The notes beneath the pieces are model-generated. The model worked only from the letters and a program-made list of their open reading frames with translations. It made no database searches and had not been told where the DNA came from. Positions 23,780 through 37,774 of a stretch of 64,000 bases of DNA are shown one piece after another. Source of the stretch: Chiloscyllium plagiosum (lineage: Eukaryota). Position numbers and translations under genes: made by a program. Every line of letters begins with the position of its first letter. Position 1 is the stretch's first letter. Location: the NCBI RefSeq assembly GCF_004010195.1, contig NC_057713.1, forward strand, positions 29,147,319 through 29,211,318, given 5' to 3'.

Positions 23780-26110
23780 GCAAATGCTCCCTCTCACCCC
23801 TCAATACAGAGAGATTTCTATAGGTTAACTACTCTTTGAATGAAGAATGTTTTCCTCGTTTCAGTTTAAAATGATCTACCCCATATCCTGAAACCATGCC
23901 CCCTTGATCTCGACTCCCCAACCATGGAAAATATCCTCCCTACATCTAGTGTGTCCACCCCTGTGAGAATCTTATATGTTCAATCAGACTCCCTCTCATC
24001 CTTCTAAGATCTAATGAATGCAAGTTGAAGAGTGTGGTGCTGGAAAAGCACAGCCAGTCAGGCAGCATCCAAGGAGAAGGAGAGTCAGCCATAAGCTGTT
24101 CATCAGGAATGAGGCTTGTGGGCCAAGGGGGCTGAAAGATAAATGAGCGGGTGGGTGGGGCTAGGGAGAAGGTAGCTGGGAATATGATATGTAGTGGAGA
24201 AAGTGAGAGGTCGGAGAGGAGGGTTGGGTCGTTAGGGTTTGGCGAAGGAGGAGGCCCAGGACTTGCATGTCCTTGGCAAAGTGGGAGGGGAAGTTAAAAT
24301 ATTCGGCCACAGAGTGGTGGGGTTGGTCAGTGTGGGTGTCCCAGAAATGTTCTCTGAATTGATCGCAAGTTGGCATCCTGTAGAGGAGACGACATTGGGT
24401 GCAATGGATGCAGTAGATGATATGTGTGGAAGTACAAGTAAATTTCTGTCAGATGTGGAAGGATCCTTTGGGGCCTTGAATGGAGGTGAGGGTAAAGGTG
24501 TGGGTGCAGGTTTTGAACTTCTTGCAGTGGCAGGGGAAGGTGGAGGGTGGTTTGGTGGGGGGCATGGACCAGACAAGGGAGTTGCAGATGAAATAGTCTC
24601 TCCAAAAGCAGATGGGGGTGGGGCGGGAAATATATCTCTGGTGGTGGGGTCTGTTTGTAGGTGACAGAAATGGCGGAGGATGACACAGTATATTTGGAGG
24701 TTGATGGGGTAGAAGGGAGTTTTTGTCCTTGTTGTGACTGGAGGGGTGGGGTTCAAGAGCAGAGGTGTGGGAAGTGGAGAAGATGCATTGGAAGGCATGG
24801 TCGACCATATGGGGAGGGGAAGGCCAAAGACATGCAGGTCCTAGGCCTCCTCCATTGCCAAACCCGAACTAATCTACGTCTGGAGGAAGAACGCCTCATC
24901 TTTGCCTTGGGACCCTCCAACCACAATGTGGATTTTCCTATTTCCCTCTCTACCTTATCCCTGTCCCAACCTTCCAACTTGGCACTGCCCTCTTGACCTG
25001 CCCATCTTCCTTCCACCTTCCGCTCCACTTTCTTCTCTGACCTATCACTTTCTCCCCCACCTTCACCTACTTATCACATTCCCAGCTACCTTACCCCTAA
25101 CCCCACCCACCTCCCATTTACCTCTCAGCTCCCTTGGCCCACAAGCCTCATTCCTGATGAAAGGCTTATGTCTGAAACTTCGATTCTCACTCCTCAGTTG
25201 CTGCCTGACTTGCTGAGCTTTTCCAGCACCACACTCTCAACTCTGATCTCCAGCATCTGCAGTCCTCACTTTCTTCTAGTGAATACAAGTCCAGTCAAAC
25301 CAATCTCTCCTAATTAGGCAGTCTTGTCATCTCCAGTATCTTTTAGTAAACCTCCTTTCTTATGTAGGGAGACCAAAATGGCACAATATACTCCAAGTGT
25401 GGTCTCACTAAGAACCTATGTAACTGCAGTAAGACATTGCTATTTCTTAACTCAAGTCTCCTTGCAATGAAGGCTAATAAACTATTTGCTTTTCTAATCA
25501 TTTGTTGCACCTGACTACTTTCACTGACTTAGTGTACCCATTGTATATTCACACTTCCCAATATATCACCATTCAACTAATGTTCTACCTTTCATTTTCA
25601 CTCTGAAATATATAATTTCACATTTAACCATGTTGCACTGCATCTGCCATGTGTTTGCCCACTCACTCAATTTATCTGAATCTTGCATCTTCCTTGTAAC
25701 TCACAATCCTGTCCAGTTTTATGTATGTCATCACCAAACTTGTAAATTTTGCATTCAATTCCCTCATCGAGCTCATTTATATATATCGTGAATAGTTGGT
25801 TTCAAGCACTGATCCTTCTGGTACTCCACTAGTCACTGTCTGCTACTCAGGAAAAGAACCATTTATTCACACACTCTGTTTCTAACCTGTCAATGAATTC
25901 TCAGTCCATACAAATATATATCCTGTTAACCAATGTGCTTTAACTTTGTCCACTCATCTCTTATGGCGAACGTTATCAAAAACCATCTGAAATCTGAATA
26001 CATCACATCCACTGGTTCTCCCATATCTATTCTCCAAGTCACATCCACAGAAAATTCCAGTAGATTTGTTAAGCATGATGTGCCTTACATGTATGTATTG
26101 AATTGCTATC
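23780..26110 (-). mobile_element. Old CR1-like LINE split by the 24026-25275 PLE
   Basis: Antisense CR1 motifs on both sides, e.g. TACTCCAAGTGTGGTCTCAC and GGTACTCCACTAGTCAC. Confidence 0.75.
24026..25275. mobile_element. Penelope-like element: long minus arm (~24026-24810) and short plus arm (~24815-25275)
   Basis: GIY-YIG C-terminal peptides on both arms (HSVAEYFN..DMQVLGLL; LRLEEERLIF). TSD CTAATGAATGCAAGT / CTAGTGAATACAAGT (24011-24025, 24 kb side; 25276-25290). Confidence 0.9.
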
Positions 26111-26929
26111 ATGCAATAAATTACATTTGTTAACACAAGAGCCTTTACTTAATAAAATTCATTGGTGGTTGATCTTCTATGACCGTAAACCAAACTCTTA
26201 GACCCAATCAAGGGAAAGAGAGTTGGTGACAGCATCAATTTACCCACAAATATCACGCATGACTGAAACTGAGAAAGTTAAATCAGAGTATTTTCTAAAT
26301 GGTGAGTGCTATGGATTGTGAAAGAGCAGAGAAAATTGGGGTCCACTAAATGAATCACTATAAGCTGGTGAAGAGATCCAACAATATATTGGCAACTCTT
26401 AATGGAATGTTGGCTGTGAAGCATTTCAAATGTCCTGAGCTAACTGTGTGGTCTTTCATTGTGTTTCATTTATAAATTGGCATTAACAGGAGACCCCACT
26501 ATTGTGAACAGCAGACACAGAAATTAGACTTAAAAACATGATTGTAGTACAAGCTATTGCTATTTGTGAAAATGTTGGTGATCAAGTATTAACAGGCAGC
26601 AAAATTGGCACAGTTGAGATTAAAAAGGAGGGACTGTATTTTTAAAGCAGCTGATACAATATAGTCAGCCAATTATGAGGCTTTACATAGGTCTCCTGTA
26701 CGAAACATTCTGTTGCTAAATGACTATCTTCTGCTATGTCTTGATGTTCATTCACTTCAGTTTACTTGCTGCACTTGTGACATCCTGGTCCAAATCCTCC
26801 AAAATTAACACGAATTGTGGGGAAAATTAGACAACAGGATGTGTACAACCACAGTCCTGACAATTCTCTCCATTTGGTAATGAAAGAGACCTTTGATTGT
26901 CAATTGGAGAAAGACTGCAGAAAGCTATA

Positions 26930-27595
26930 GAACAGAAGATTCCTTGTCTAAAAATTACAGAAAGTTAGCATCCAAGCTCAATGGGTAGCAGTAAAGACAA
27001 CTAGAATATTTGCTTTTATTTGAAAGGGAGGTTTTGCTAAACTTTACAAGATTCTAGTCAGACCACACCTGGAATATGGTGAACTGTTTTGGGTTCCGAA
27101 TTAAGAAAAGATATCTGGCATTGGAGGCATTCCAGAGAACGTACACTAGGATAATATGGAAGGTCTATCATATGAGAAGAGGTTGAATTGAATGGGCCTT
27201 TACATGTTCAAATGTAGAAGAATGAGAGGTGACCTTATTGAAACATACAAAATTATTGTGGGACTTGACAGGAGAAATACAGAAAGGTTGTTTCTCCTTG
27301 TGGGAGAGTCTACAACCAGGTGACAAAATCTCAGTAAGGGGTCGCACATTTAAGACAGAGATGAGGAGGAATTTCTTCTCTCAGAGGGTTCTGAATCTGT
27401 CAAATTTACTGCTGAAGCTGCGTTGTTAAGTATATTCAAGAATGAGAGAGAGAGATTTTTAATCTATAAGGGAATCAAAGATTATGGGAGAAAGCAGGAA
27501 AAAAGTTGATGATTATCAGATCAGCCATCATCTCATGAATAGCAGAGAAGGCTTGATGGGCTGAATGGCCTACTCCTGCCTCTGCGTCTTTTGTC
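26930..27595 (+). mobile_element. CR1-like LINE 3' part, decayed
   Basis: LVRPHLEY, RMRGDLIETYKI and MRRNFFSQRV peptides plus CR1 tail. Confidence 0.85.
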
Positions 27596-28380
27596 CAGTG
27601 TTGCTGAGGCCATTTAAAATTCACTCTGTCTAAGAACTGTCAGAAATCAATTACAACAAACTTGGTTCCTTTGTCAGCAATTGTTTCTGAGGCCTGCAGC
27701 ATGAAAACTCTGCCCCCACTGTTACTGCTCTGCTTAATGGAGGCCGGTGTAAATAGGTTCATGATGACTTTGGAAGAACATTTGGAATGAAGGGAGTGTC
27801 TTTGGTCAGGAAAAAGGTGCTGCTACAGCAGAAAGGTGCTCCCAACTAAAAGCCCAGCTTTGAGTGTAGATGGGAAGGGGATGTAATAGTCACTGTAACG
27901 ACCATTCACTGTAATGGTCAAAGCAATTAAACAGTCTGCTGTCATTGAATAACAAATAAAGAATGGTTACTTGGCACTGTGGTTGTATGAGCTTACACAA
28001 AAGGTCAAAAATCATGGGAAAGTATAACTGAGTGCCGACTTCAGAAAAGGAATCAAATATTCATCTATTCATTCTTAGCCCTTTAATTCTAGCCCTGGGG
28101 TCTGTTTAGTTCATTTGGCTGGATGTGTGCAGTTCCAACGATTCAGTTTCGATTGCTACTACAGTCCTGGCCCTCCCAGTCCCATCCATAGAAACAAAAA
28201 TCTTGCCATTTTGCCCTGGTTCAGTAAATGATCGTCAAGGGCCTTCAGGTGAGAACTCAAGATGACTTATTCTAGTGTTAGTAACACCCATCCATGGAAT
28301 GATACCACCACCGAGCATTTCCAGCACTTTCTGATTTAACTTTGGGCTTGCTTTGCGTTCAATCGAAAAGCAATGTGGAC

Positions 28381-28414
28381 TGCACTTGTTGGCGTCACCA
28401 GCAGAGGGTGATGT
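28381..28414 (+). promoter_or_regulatory. Candidate CTCF site with upstream motif
   Basis: Core CCAGCAGAGGGTGA preceded by TGCACTTGT at 5-nt spacing; motif match only. Confidence 0.4.
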
Positions 28415-29244
28415 TGACCAGCAGCTGAAAGGGATCCAAGCTGCAAGAATTTTAGTTGGATATGCGACCGTATTTTTTATTTGTTGACCAGTTTTATGTG
28501 AATATAAAGTGGCAATAGTACGTTCAGGGCAAAATATAATTTCACTATAGCGAACAAATAACCTTTGTAACTACTTTGCAACTACCAACCAACACCCATA
28601 AATCAAAATAAATTTATGATTTTTTGGAAGGTAATTCCAAAACAACTTTGCAAATGAAATAACAGAGATGTCGAAGTGACCACCCTCGGCATCAAAGCTG
28701 CAGATGACCAAATGTAGCATCAAAGAACTCTGGTAAAATCAAAGTCAATCGGAATTGGGGGAAGACTCACCAACAGTTGGAGTGATATCTAACCCAAAGG
28801 TAGGTGGGTGTGATTTTTGGAGGTGGTTATCTCAGTTCAGGTCAGGTCTGCAGGATTTCCCAGTGTATAAGGAACTGAGCATTTTGTCAGCTTGGTCTCT
28901 CTGCCTGCCTTTAGGGAAGGTGTAAACAATGTTGTTCTATCATGGCTGAGTAGTACACAACTGAGAGGTTATGAGGCTGGAATGGAATTTTCTTTCACAA
29001 AGATTTATGAAAATTTTGGCACATTTTTGGAACTTCTGAACTTGATTGTGAAAATGCTTGAGCAGCTTGAAAGATTGTTTCATGCAACATTGTTTTCCGG
29101 AGCCCAGTCAGCAAGCATGTCCGTGAACGCATGCCACAAAAAACATATCTGGGGTCAATTGAACCCTAACAAAGAGGACTGGCGTTATTCCAAACGGATT
29201 ATATCTTTGGCTGAAAGAATATAAGACAGGAACATAAAGTTTTT

Positions 29245-29530
29245 AAAAAATGTATTCATTTATGGGATCTGGCCAGTATTTATTGCCCTTGAGAATGTGG
29301 TGATGAGCTGCCTTTCTGAACTGCTGCAATCCCTGTGCTGTAGGTAGAGTTTCAGGATTTTGACCCAGCGACACTGAAGGAATGGTGATATATTTCGAAG
29401 TCAGGAAGGTGAATGGCTTGGAGGGGAACTTGCAGGTGATGGTGCTCCCATGTACCTGCTACCCTTGTCCTTCTAGATGGTAATGGTCTGGGTTTGGAAG
29501 GTGCTGTCTTAGGAACCTTAGTGAAATTTC
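29245..29530 (-). mobile_element. LDIKAAF-type LINE 3' tail
   Basis: Reverse complement of 8870-9140-like sequence. Confidence 0.8.
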
Positions 29531-30114
29531 CCTACTTGGTGAAATGTCTTTTACACAATGATGGGACCAAGGCGTTATTGAGTGTCTGTCCAGTTATTGT
29601 TGACCGCAGTACACTGGACTAGTCTAAATTTAATGAGATTTTAGATTCAAATTATGGCATGACTAAACATGAGATTGCACTGGGGCGTTGAACTCTGTGA
29701 TTGGAAATGATTGCCAAGTTGTTCCAAAGAAGGATCACTGCATTTAAAACATTAACTCTGAATTCTCATTCCACAGATGCTTCCAGATCTGCTGAGATTC
29801 CCCATCATTTTCTGTTTTTATGCCAAGTGAGTCTTTCAGAGATTACATTCTGAAATTAAAAGTACTCTTTCATCGCTATGAGCAAGAAGTGAGAAGTCAA
29901 GTTTAGAGATATCTTTGCAGGAGGTCTAAAGAAAAATAAAACCTAACCCCCCACCCCCCAGGTTTTTGAATAAATATAACAAGCTTATTATGTCGCCACA
30001 GCAGTCCTTCTCCTGAGTCAGAAATAGATGTTTACCAGATTATAGCAAAAACCAGGCTACAGCAGGCAAGATCACATCTCAATCAGAAAATTAAATTTTG
30101 CCGTTGCCATGGTA

Positions 30115-30980
30115 CTCAGGGGATGGTAAATCTTTGGAATTTTCTATCTCAGACATCTGTGGAAGCGCAGTCTTTGGGTATTTTTAAAGCAGAGCTTGAC
30201 AAAGTTTTGATTATCACTGACTTAAAGGGTTGTGATGATAGTGTGAGGATTGATGAGGGCAGAGTGGTGGACGAGATCAATATGGCCTTCAGTAACGCGT
30301 TTGACAAGGTTCCTCATGGTGGACTGGTCAGCAACGTCAGATCACATTGAATACAGGGCCTTAACTGGTCAGTGCATTGGTTATAGGCATTGGAAGATCA
30401 TTTTGTGGCTGTACAGGACATTGGTTAGGCCACTTTTGGATAATTGTATTCAATTCTGGTCTCCTTGCTATAGGAAAGATGTTGTTAAACTTGAAAGAAT
30501 TCAGAAAAGGTTTGCAAGTATGTTGCTGGCGTTTTAGCTATAGGGAGAGGCTGAATAGGCTGAGGCTATTTTCCCTGGAGTGTAGGAGGCTGAGGGGTGA
30601 GCTTATGAGGAGCATGGATACGGTTAATAGACAAGGTCTTTTCCCCAAGTTGGCGAAAGGCAGAGAGTGGGGATAAAGGGGTCTATTTCAGGCTTGCAGT
30701 TGGTGATTAGTACAGTTCTGCAGGTGTCAGTGTTGGGACCACAACTATTCACATTCTACATTAATGATATGGATGAAGGAACTGAGGACATTATTTCTGA
30801 GTTTGCAAATGCCGCAAAGACAGGTGGAGGGATTGGTAGCATTAAGGAAGTAGCAAGGCTTGGGCAGGCTAGGAGATGGGCATAGAAGTGGCAAAAGGAA
30901 TACAATGCAGGGAACTGTGAGGTTACGCATTTCAGTAGAACGAATCAAGGTGTAGACTATTCTCTAAATGGGAAGAGACT
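30115..30980 (+). mobile_element. Scrambled CR1-like fragments
   Basis: AFDKVPHG, LYRTLVRPLLDNC and VLGPQLFTFYIND occur out of normal order. Confidence 0.8.
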
Positions 30981-30989
30981 CCACATAAT

Positions 30990-33015
30990 ACAAGAGAAAG
31001 TTTAGTGAATTTTAAAACAAAGAGACAAAAGAACAAAGAGAGTCTAAGATTATTCAAAGGGATAGTTGTATACTATTTGAAGCTTATCCCTGACTTAGCT
31101 GACAAATTCACTCCAAATTATCAACTGCTCAAAGATGGAATAGATAGTTAGTGATCTGTGAAGTGTCAGGCACTTAAAGAAGTGAAGAAAATTCTGATGG
31201 TTATGCTGTTTTAATCACAGTGATCTGAAGGAACAACTGTACAGTGCCTCACACTGAGGTTAGCGGTGGTATTGTCTCACATCAAGGAAGCTGACGTCGA
31301 GAAGCCGTTAGTGTGTGCTTCAAGTACTTTTACAAAGCCAGAACAAAATTACTCATTAATTTAGTGTTTGAGTATCATGTTGATAAGTTCCACAAATGCT
31401 TGTACAAAAGGAAATTCACTTTGACCGACAGGCCCTTACTTGGTTGAAAGAGAAGAATCCTAGTGATAGAATATTTTCAGAAGTGAGTGTTGATTTTGAT
31501 ATCCTATCAGAATAACATTAAATATCATAAGCCAACAGATTGTGCAAATGGTGGTATACTTTGGGATTTCACATAAAAATGCTCATTTCTTGCCATGATT
31601 TATATGTAAATTATTTTATAAATACAATTGATATGCCATGGTCTGCCAGATAACTTAATGAAGAGACTCACAAAGACATGGTGCTCAGCGAAGAGTTCAA
31701 TTATGTCATAAAGTGTAATGATGAGAAATTGTAGGAGTATTTCACACTTAGAAATGAACTGAGTGCAGATTGAGGTAGTTTCCTATGTGGCTTCAGAGTC
31801 ATTATTCACCATAGTTTAGAGATTGTTAGAGAAAATTCAACAGAACTCTGCAGCATAGTGTATGTGAAAGCACCAGCAAGAAAATAATTTTGGTACCCAA
31901 TGATAGATAGGGGTTAGAAGAGTTGATGAAACATTGTGAAATATGTCCCTCAATGAAAAATGATCCAATTAAAGTTTCTTTCAAATGCAAGAAAACCATG
32001 GGAACAAATACATGTTCATTTCTTTGAAGTAGAGGGGAAAGAGTATTCTGATTTGGTCAATAATGAGAGGAAGTGGATAAGCATTGAGTTTATTCCCAAT
32101 ACTTTAGGTGCCAAAATTATTATGGTTTTGAGCAGTTTGTTTGCAACTTATAAGTTGTCTGAAGTGTTGGTGTCAGATAGCAGTCCACAGTTTATGTCAA
32201 ATGAGTTTAAAATATTTCTGAGTGACAGTCAAATTATGATATTACTATAATACCAGCCTTGAATGATACTTCAGAGTGAAGTGTGCAGATTGTGGAGAGA
32301 GCTTTGCAGAGATTATCAACTTAGTGACAAGTTAGGCAGTAATTTCCACCTTTCTCTTTGACACAGACTGGATAATTTCCTGTTCTCTTACAGAATGACC
32401 CCACAGTCTCCAACAGGTTGCTCACTTTAACAATTTGTGATCCTGGAACAAGATTTACTTTGCTTAAGCCTGATGTCAAAAGTAAGAAAAATGCAAAACA
32501 AAGTGAAGATGAATCTTGGTACATTTAGTGTGAATCTTAGAGAATTCAGTGATGCTCAGTATATTATGGTGAAAAACCACTGAGGTGATAAGGAGAAGTA
32601 CACGATTTGGAGGTTTTGTAAACAGTTGGAGTATTCACATATCGGAGAGAGACTCCGTACATAGCATGTAGATGATTTGACTGAAATTTGACAAATGGAG
32701 AGTATGAGGAACGTCCTACATTCTGAATATCTCCGACAGTCCAAAGTGAAAGTTAGAATAATCACAAAGTAAACTTAAATTGCTCAGATCATGGAATTCC
32801 CTGGTAGAGCAAAGTCAGAATTTTTGATTAAAGTTAATTAATCATTGACATTGTCCTAAACATTAAGGGGGCTGGTAGTCAAAATCAAAGTTCAGGGTTG
32901 ACACAGTCAGAGATGTTGAGAAACCAGAGTCAGACAATTGGAAATAGAAGGAGATGCCAAGAGAGAAAGAAAAAGAACCCATATAGGTTTAGCTAAAAGT
33001 ATGTAGGAAGGAGAA
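30990..33015 (+). mobile_element. Gypsy-type pol relic (RNase H and integrase), many stops
   Basis: GLAVVLSH..EKPLVCASSTFTKPEQNYS, FWYPMID, KPWEQIHVHF, LFATYKLSEVLVSDSSPQFMSNEF; purine tract near 33005-33016; no LTR recognised. Confidence 0.85.
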
Positions 33016-33689
33016 ACATCAAATTCTGGTCTTTTCCCTATTTCTTATCAAATGATGATACTTTATTTGAACACATAATTGTGTTAAGGTTCTTTATAAA
33101 TGTGTAAATTACTATGCCAATTTTGGTCATGTGTGTGTTTATTCAAATTGAAAACAAAATATTCTGTATGGAAGGAAATCTGCTGTCCTTTATTAGTCTG
33201 GCTTACATGTAACTCCAGAGCCTTGGCAATGCGGTTGACTCTTAACTGCTCTCTGACCTAGCAAGCTACTTAGTTGTACCAAACTGCTGGACATCGCTTC
33301 CCCAAATGGGCTGCAATGGTTCAAGAAAACAGTTCCTCATCACCATCTCACGGACAGTGAGGGATGGGTAACAAATACTACTCAGCCAGTGCAGCTCACA
33401 TCCCATGAATGGATAAACAGAATTCAAAACAGCATGTTAGATGTCAGGTATTGTTAATGTTGCTTTAATTGTATTGCATTCTGGGGAATTATTTACATAC
33501 AAATTTTACATTTTATTTTAATTTGGCAACAAGTGTAATTTATTGTTATTGCCTATAAGCAGCTGTATGATTTGAGTAGCATTCAGCTTTGGGCTGATAA
33601 GTGGCAAGAAGCATTTACTCCACATAATTGCCAGATAATGACTCCCCGACAAGTGACAATCTAAATGTAATTATCTATTATGAGGGGTG

Positions 33690-34285
33690 TTGAACAGAAA
33701 AATAAGAAGATTATGCTTCGGTTGTACAGAACTTTGATGAAATCATATCTCAAATACTGCATGCAGTTTAGGTCTTCTTATTAAAGGATGTGACTGCGTT
33801 GGAGGCAATTCAGAGAAGATTCACTAAGTTGATCATGAAACAAGTGGATTGTCTTATGTAGAAAAATTGGAAAGGCTGAGCTTGTTTTCACTGGAGTTTA
33901 GAAAAGTAATGGATAATTTGATTGAAGCGCATAAGACGGTCTTGACAAGGAGACATGGAGAGATTATTTCCTCTTGTGGGTGAGTCCAGAACTAGGGGAC
34001 ACTGTTTTAAAGTTAGCGCTTTCTTCTCAGACAGACAAGAAGAATATTTCTCTCTGAGAGTTGTGCAACTTGAAAAATCTGTCTCTGAAGGGGTTTGAAG
34101 CAGGGTCATTGAACACTTTTAAGACAGTGGTGAATAGATGCTTGTTAGGCAAAGGAATCAAAGTCATTGGGGGTGAATGGAAACATCGAATCTAGAAGGC
34201 AAATATAGCAGCCAAGGTCCTCCTGCATGGCAAAATATGTTAGAGGTGTTGAATGGCCTACCTTTGCTCCTGGTTCATATGTTCA
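33690..34285 (+). mobile_element. CR1-like LINE 3' part
   Basis: LYRTLMKSYLKYCMQF, IQRRFTKLI and CR1 tail. Confidence 0.8.
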
Positions 34286-34628
34286 TGGTTTAACATCTCT
34301 CCCTGACACTCAGTTCACACCAACATTCCCACCAATTTGCTTTCCTTTTGTGCAGAGGTCCATGCACAACAATGACTTTTGGAACTTGAAATCAGTGCTG
34401 CTGAAATGTTACCATTGACCAGGAAGAGGAGTGGAAGCAGCAATATAAGTACTTTAGTTACAAATGCAGGTCAGAGGTTGGGATTTCTCTGGTGACCAAC
34501 GAACTGACTCCCCAAAGTCCAGCCACCATCAACAAGGCATGAGTCAGGATTGTGATTGAATAGACTCCACTTCCTGCATGAGGGCTCCTCTAACAAAACT
34601 CTAGAAGTTCAGAAAAGCTTAACACATG

Positions 34629-35068
34629 CGGGGCGGCACAGTGGCTCAGTGGTTAGCACTGCTGCCTCATAGCGCCAGGGACCCGGGTTTGGTTCCAGCC
34701 TTGAGCAACTGTCTGTGTGGAGTTTGCACATTCTCCCTGTGTCTGCGTGGGTTTTCTCCGGGTGCTCCGGTTTCCTCCCACAGTCCAAAGATGTGCAGGT
34801 TAGGTGAATTGGCCATGCTAAATTTCTCCTAGTGTTAGGTGAAGAGCTGATGAAGGGCTTTTGCCCGAAACATAGATTTTCCTGCACCTCAGATGCTGCC
34901 TGACCTGCTGTGCTTTTCCAGCACCACTCTGATCTAAACACATAGTGTTAGGTGCAGTAGTCAGAGGGAAATGGGTCTGGGTGGGATACTCTTCGGAGGG
35001 CCGGTGTGGACTGGTTGAGCCAAAGGGCCTGTTCCCACACTGTAGGGAATCTAATCTAATCAAAAAAA
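34629..35068 (+). mobile_element. Full-length HE1/V-SINE-like element with nested PLE arm (34842-34942)
   Basis: Head GGCGGCACAGTGGCTCAGTGGTTAGCAC, V-like core, (CTAAT)n tail; TSD TAGTGTTAGGTG (34830-34841, 34943-34954) around the PLE arm. Confidence 0.92.
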
Positions 35069-35094
35069 CATTTAAGGACTCTGGGTTTATCCTC

Positions 35095-35505
35095 AATGGA
35101 GTTTAGAAGGATGAGGGAGGATCTAATTGAAACTTACAGAATACTGAATGGTCTGGATACAGTAAATGATGGAAAGATGTTTCCATTGGTAGGAGAGACT
35201 AGGACCCAAGGGCATAGCCTTAGGGTAGAAGGAAGACCTTTTACGACGGAGATAAGGAGAAACTTCTTAGCCAGACAGTGGTGAATCTATGGAATTCATT
35301 GCCACAGAAGGATGTAGAGGCCAGGTCATTGAGTATATTTATGACAGCGATCAATAGGTTTTTGAGTATCAAGGAGATGAGGGGTTATGGGGAGGAAGAG
35401 GGAGAATGGGGTTGAGAAACTTATCAGCCATGGTTGAATGGCATAACAGACTTGATGGGTTGAAAGGCCTAATTTCTGCTCCCATGTGTTATGGTCTTAT
35501 GGTCT
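35095..35505 (+). mobile_element. CR1-like LINE 3' end
   Basis: EFRRMREDLIETYRILNG...EIRRNF; tail TTATGGTC repeats. Confidence 0.88.
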
Positions 35506-36899
35506 CAGTTCAAAACCATTCAAAGCAAAGCAACCTGTTAAATTGGCAGTCCATCCATCACCCTCAAGATCCATTCCCTCCACTATTGATGCACAGTGGC
35601 AGCAGTATGAATTACACACACACAAAATGTACTGCAAAATTTACTAAGGTCTCTTTGCCAGCATCTTCCAATAATGTATGCTCTCTAACACCTAGAAAGA
35701 CAAGAGCAGCAGACAAGTGGGAGCATCATCACCTGCAATTTCACCTCCAAGCCACATTCTATCCTTAACTGGAATCATACTACTTTTCCTTCAGTAACTT
35801 GGGGCTATAATCACTGTTCCTTATTTTTGTTCATTCAAAATCCTGAAACTCCTTTCCTAACAGCACTCTGGATGTTCTTATACCCAAAGACCTGCAACAC
35901 TTTGAGAAGACAGCTCACTATCACCTTCCCAAGGACAATTAGATTTAAGCAATACTTCCTGATCTAGCCAATGCACCTGCATTACATAAGAGATTTGAAA
36001 AAAAAAAACACCCTACACATTTCTTTTTGAATGTTATGGATCTGGTACAGGCCAGAAACATGCCGGGAAAGATCCAGCACCAAAGGAGCAACAAGACAAC
36101 AATATTGCCACACCTCTAACCGTGAAAAGAAGCTGTGGGGTCTGAGGCACCTGCACCTTGAGATCTTTCAATAATGTGTTAAGATGCTTTAAAAAAATTG
36201 TATTCTGCCTTCCTTAAAGCACTTTCCTTCAGTTTGATTATATGAGTTAAAGCAAAACCTACTACATGTATGCAGCCCTTGTAGTTAAGCCCTCAAACCC
36301 CAGACAATTCCTGGGAAAATAGGAATTGAAGGTGCAAAAGTACCGAAGTCATACTTTTGACCATCCTCACAGCGACACATTAATGTTATCGTAACTGTTG
36401 ACTTATCATAGCAATTAAATTCCATACATTTGTATGGAAGATGCTGTGCATTCTGTGAGGCATTAGTCTTTTAATGATGCACTGAATGGGTGATGTGAAG
36501 GCATGATGTGAAGACAATCTCCAGTGGTGGAGACTTTCGCAAATCCTAGGCCCAAAGTTACCTGTGCCGTCCAAACATTCTACCCTTACTATGTCATGTC
36601 TCAATTAACTCATATTCTGGATCTCAGATTGTTTTATTTCCTAAAAGCTGAGTTGAAATTACTTTCTTTATTCTTAATCATTATTTTCCCTGGTCTGAAA
36701 TTGTTATGTTACCTATTTGATGGATAAATGCTAAGTTAGAATATTATGTTTGTTGGTATCATCAACATGAGATACAAGGATCAATTTTATAAACTCACAC
36801 GAATAACAGGGCCAATATTGAAAATCAGTACTCACACCAAGCCCTCACACATCAGGTCTTGTTATCACATGGTCTGCAATCACACACAACCCAGTCTTA

Positions 36900-37175
36900 G
36901 CCACTAATAGTTCCCATTACAGACATTCATTGTCCCAGTTATCCTCTCCTTTATCTGTCCAATTATTCTTACCTCTTTTTGGGCTCTATCCCCACCTATC
37001 CATCTTACTCTTTACCCTCTTTCCCCACCCAGTCTTCTGCATGAAAAAAAAACAAGCTTTTCCTAGCTACCATCAGTTCTGAGGAATGATAATTGGACCT
37101 GAAACACTAACTCTGATTTCTCCCCCCAGATGCTGCCAGACCTGCTGAGCTTCTCCAGCAATTTCTGTTTTTGTT
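36900..37175 (+). mobile_element. Older PLE-type terminal region
   Basis: C-rich tract then GTTCTGAGGAA...GAAAC and GATGCTGCCAGACCTGCTGAG. Confidence 0.6.
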
Positions 37176-37774
37176 GTTAATGAAAATCAATGTGTTCTGC
37201 CTTTACTGAAATTTATGATATGAGCCACAAATGCACATGGTAGGGAGGATTAATAGCCCTTGTCCATTACTCTAATTGGATGAAACATTAATTAATACTT
37301 TGTATATGAAACCCAAGGCTCCACACTAAGAATGCATGCAGCAATAAGCATGAGCACCCGTTCAGTGCATCATTAAAAGACTAATGCCTCACAGAATGCA
37401 CAGCATCTTCAGTATCATGGTCTGACCAATGGTATCTGGTTGAAATGTTTTGGTACAGTATTCAAATAAAGTGAGAATATCCAACAGGGCAATTACATTC
37501 CTCTTAATTCAAACAGCAAAATTAACCTCCTGCCTTTGTGTCTGTTTCAAACGGTGACACTTCTGATCCTTGCTGCTCCTGGCACAAGCTCCAGCATCTG
37601 TTTTCCAAAGACAATTCTCTATTTGGGTGTCAAAATGCAATGTAAGTGGTACAGTTTATCATTGGGACCCACTTGATTACTGTAACTAAACCAAATATCT
37701 GGAACGCTGGAATTATACTATCGATTGAAGGGAATTCCCTTATTCAATACATTTTTCTAAGCAAGCATTCATTA

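Larger units (their letters stand above)
34490..36010 (+). mobile_element. LDIKAAF-type LINE 3' part split by a SINE and a CR1 tail
   Basis: 34490-34620 and 35510-36010 are consecutive pieces homologous to 8630-9140. Confidence 0.65.

Noticed and set aside
24232-24798. 188-aa Pro/Ser/Thr-rich ORF as a host gene
   Set aside because: Alternative frame of the C-rich PLE coding strand.
36560-36645. Minus-strand coding exon (TTTTAG...CAG/GTAACT)
   Set aside because: Stops in all three frames; could only be non-coding, with no further support.
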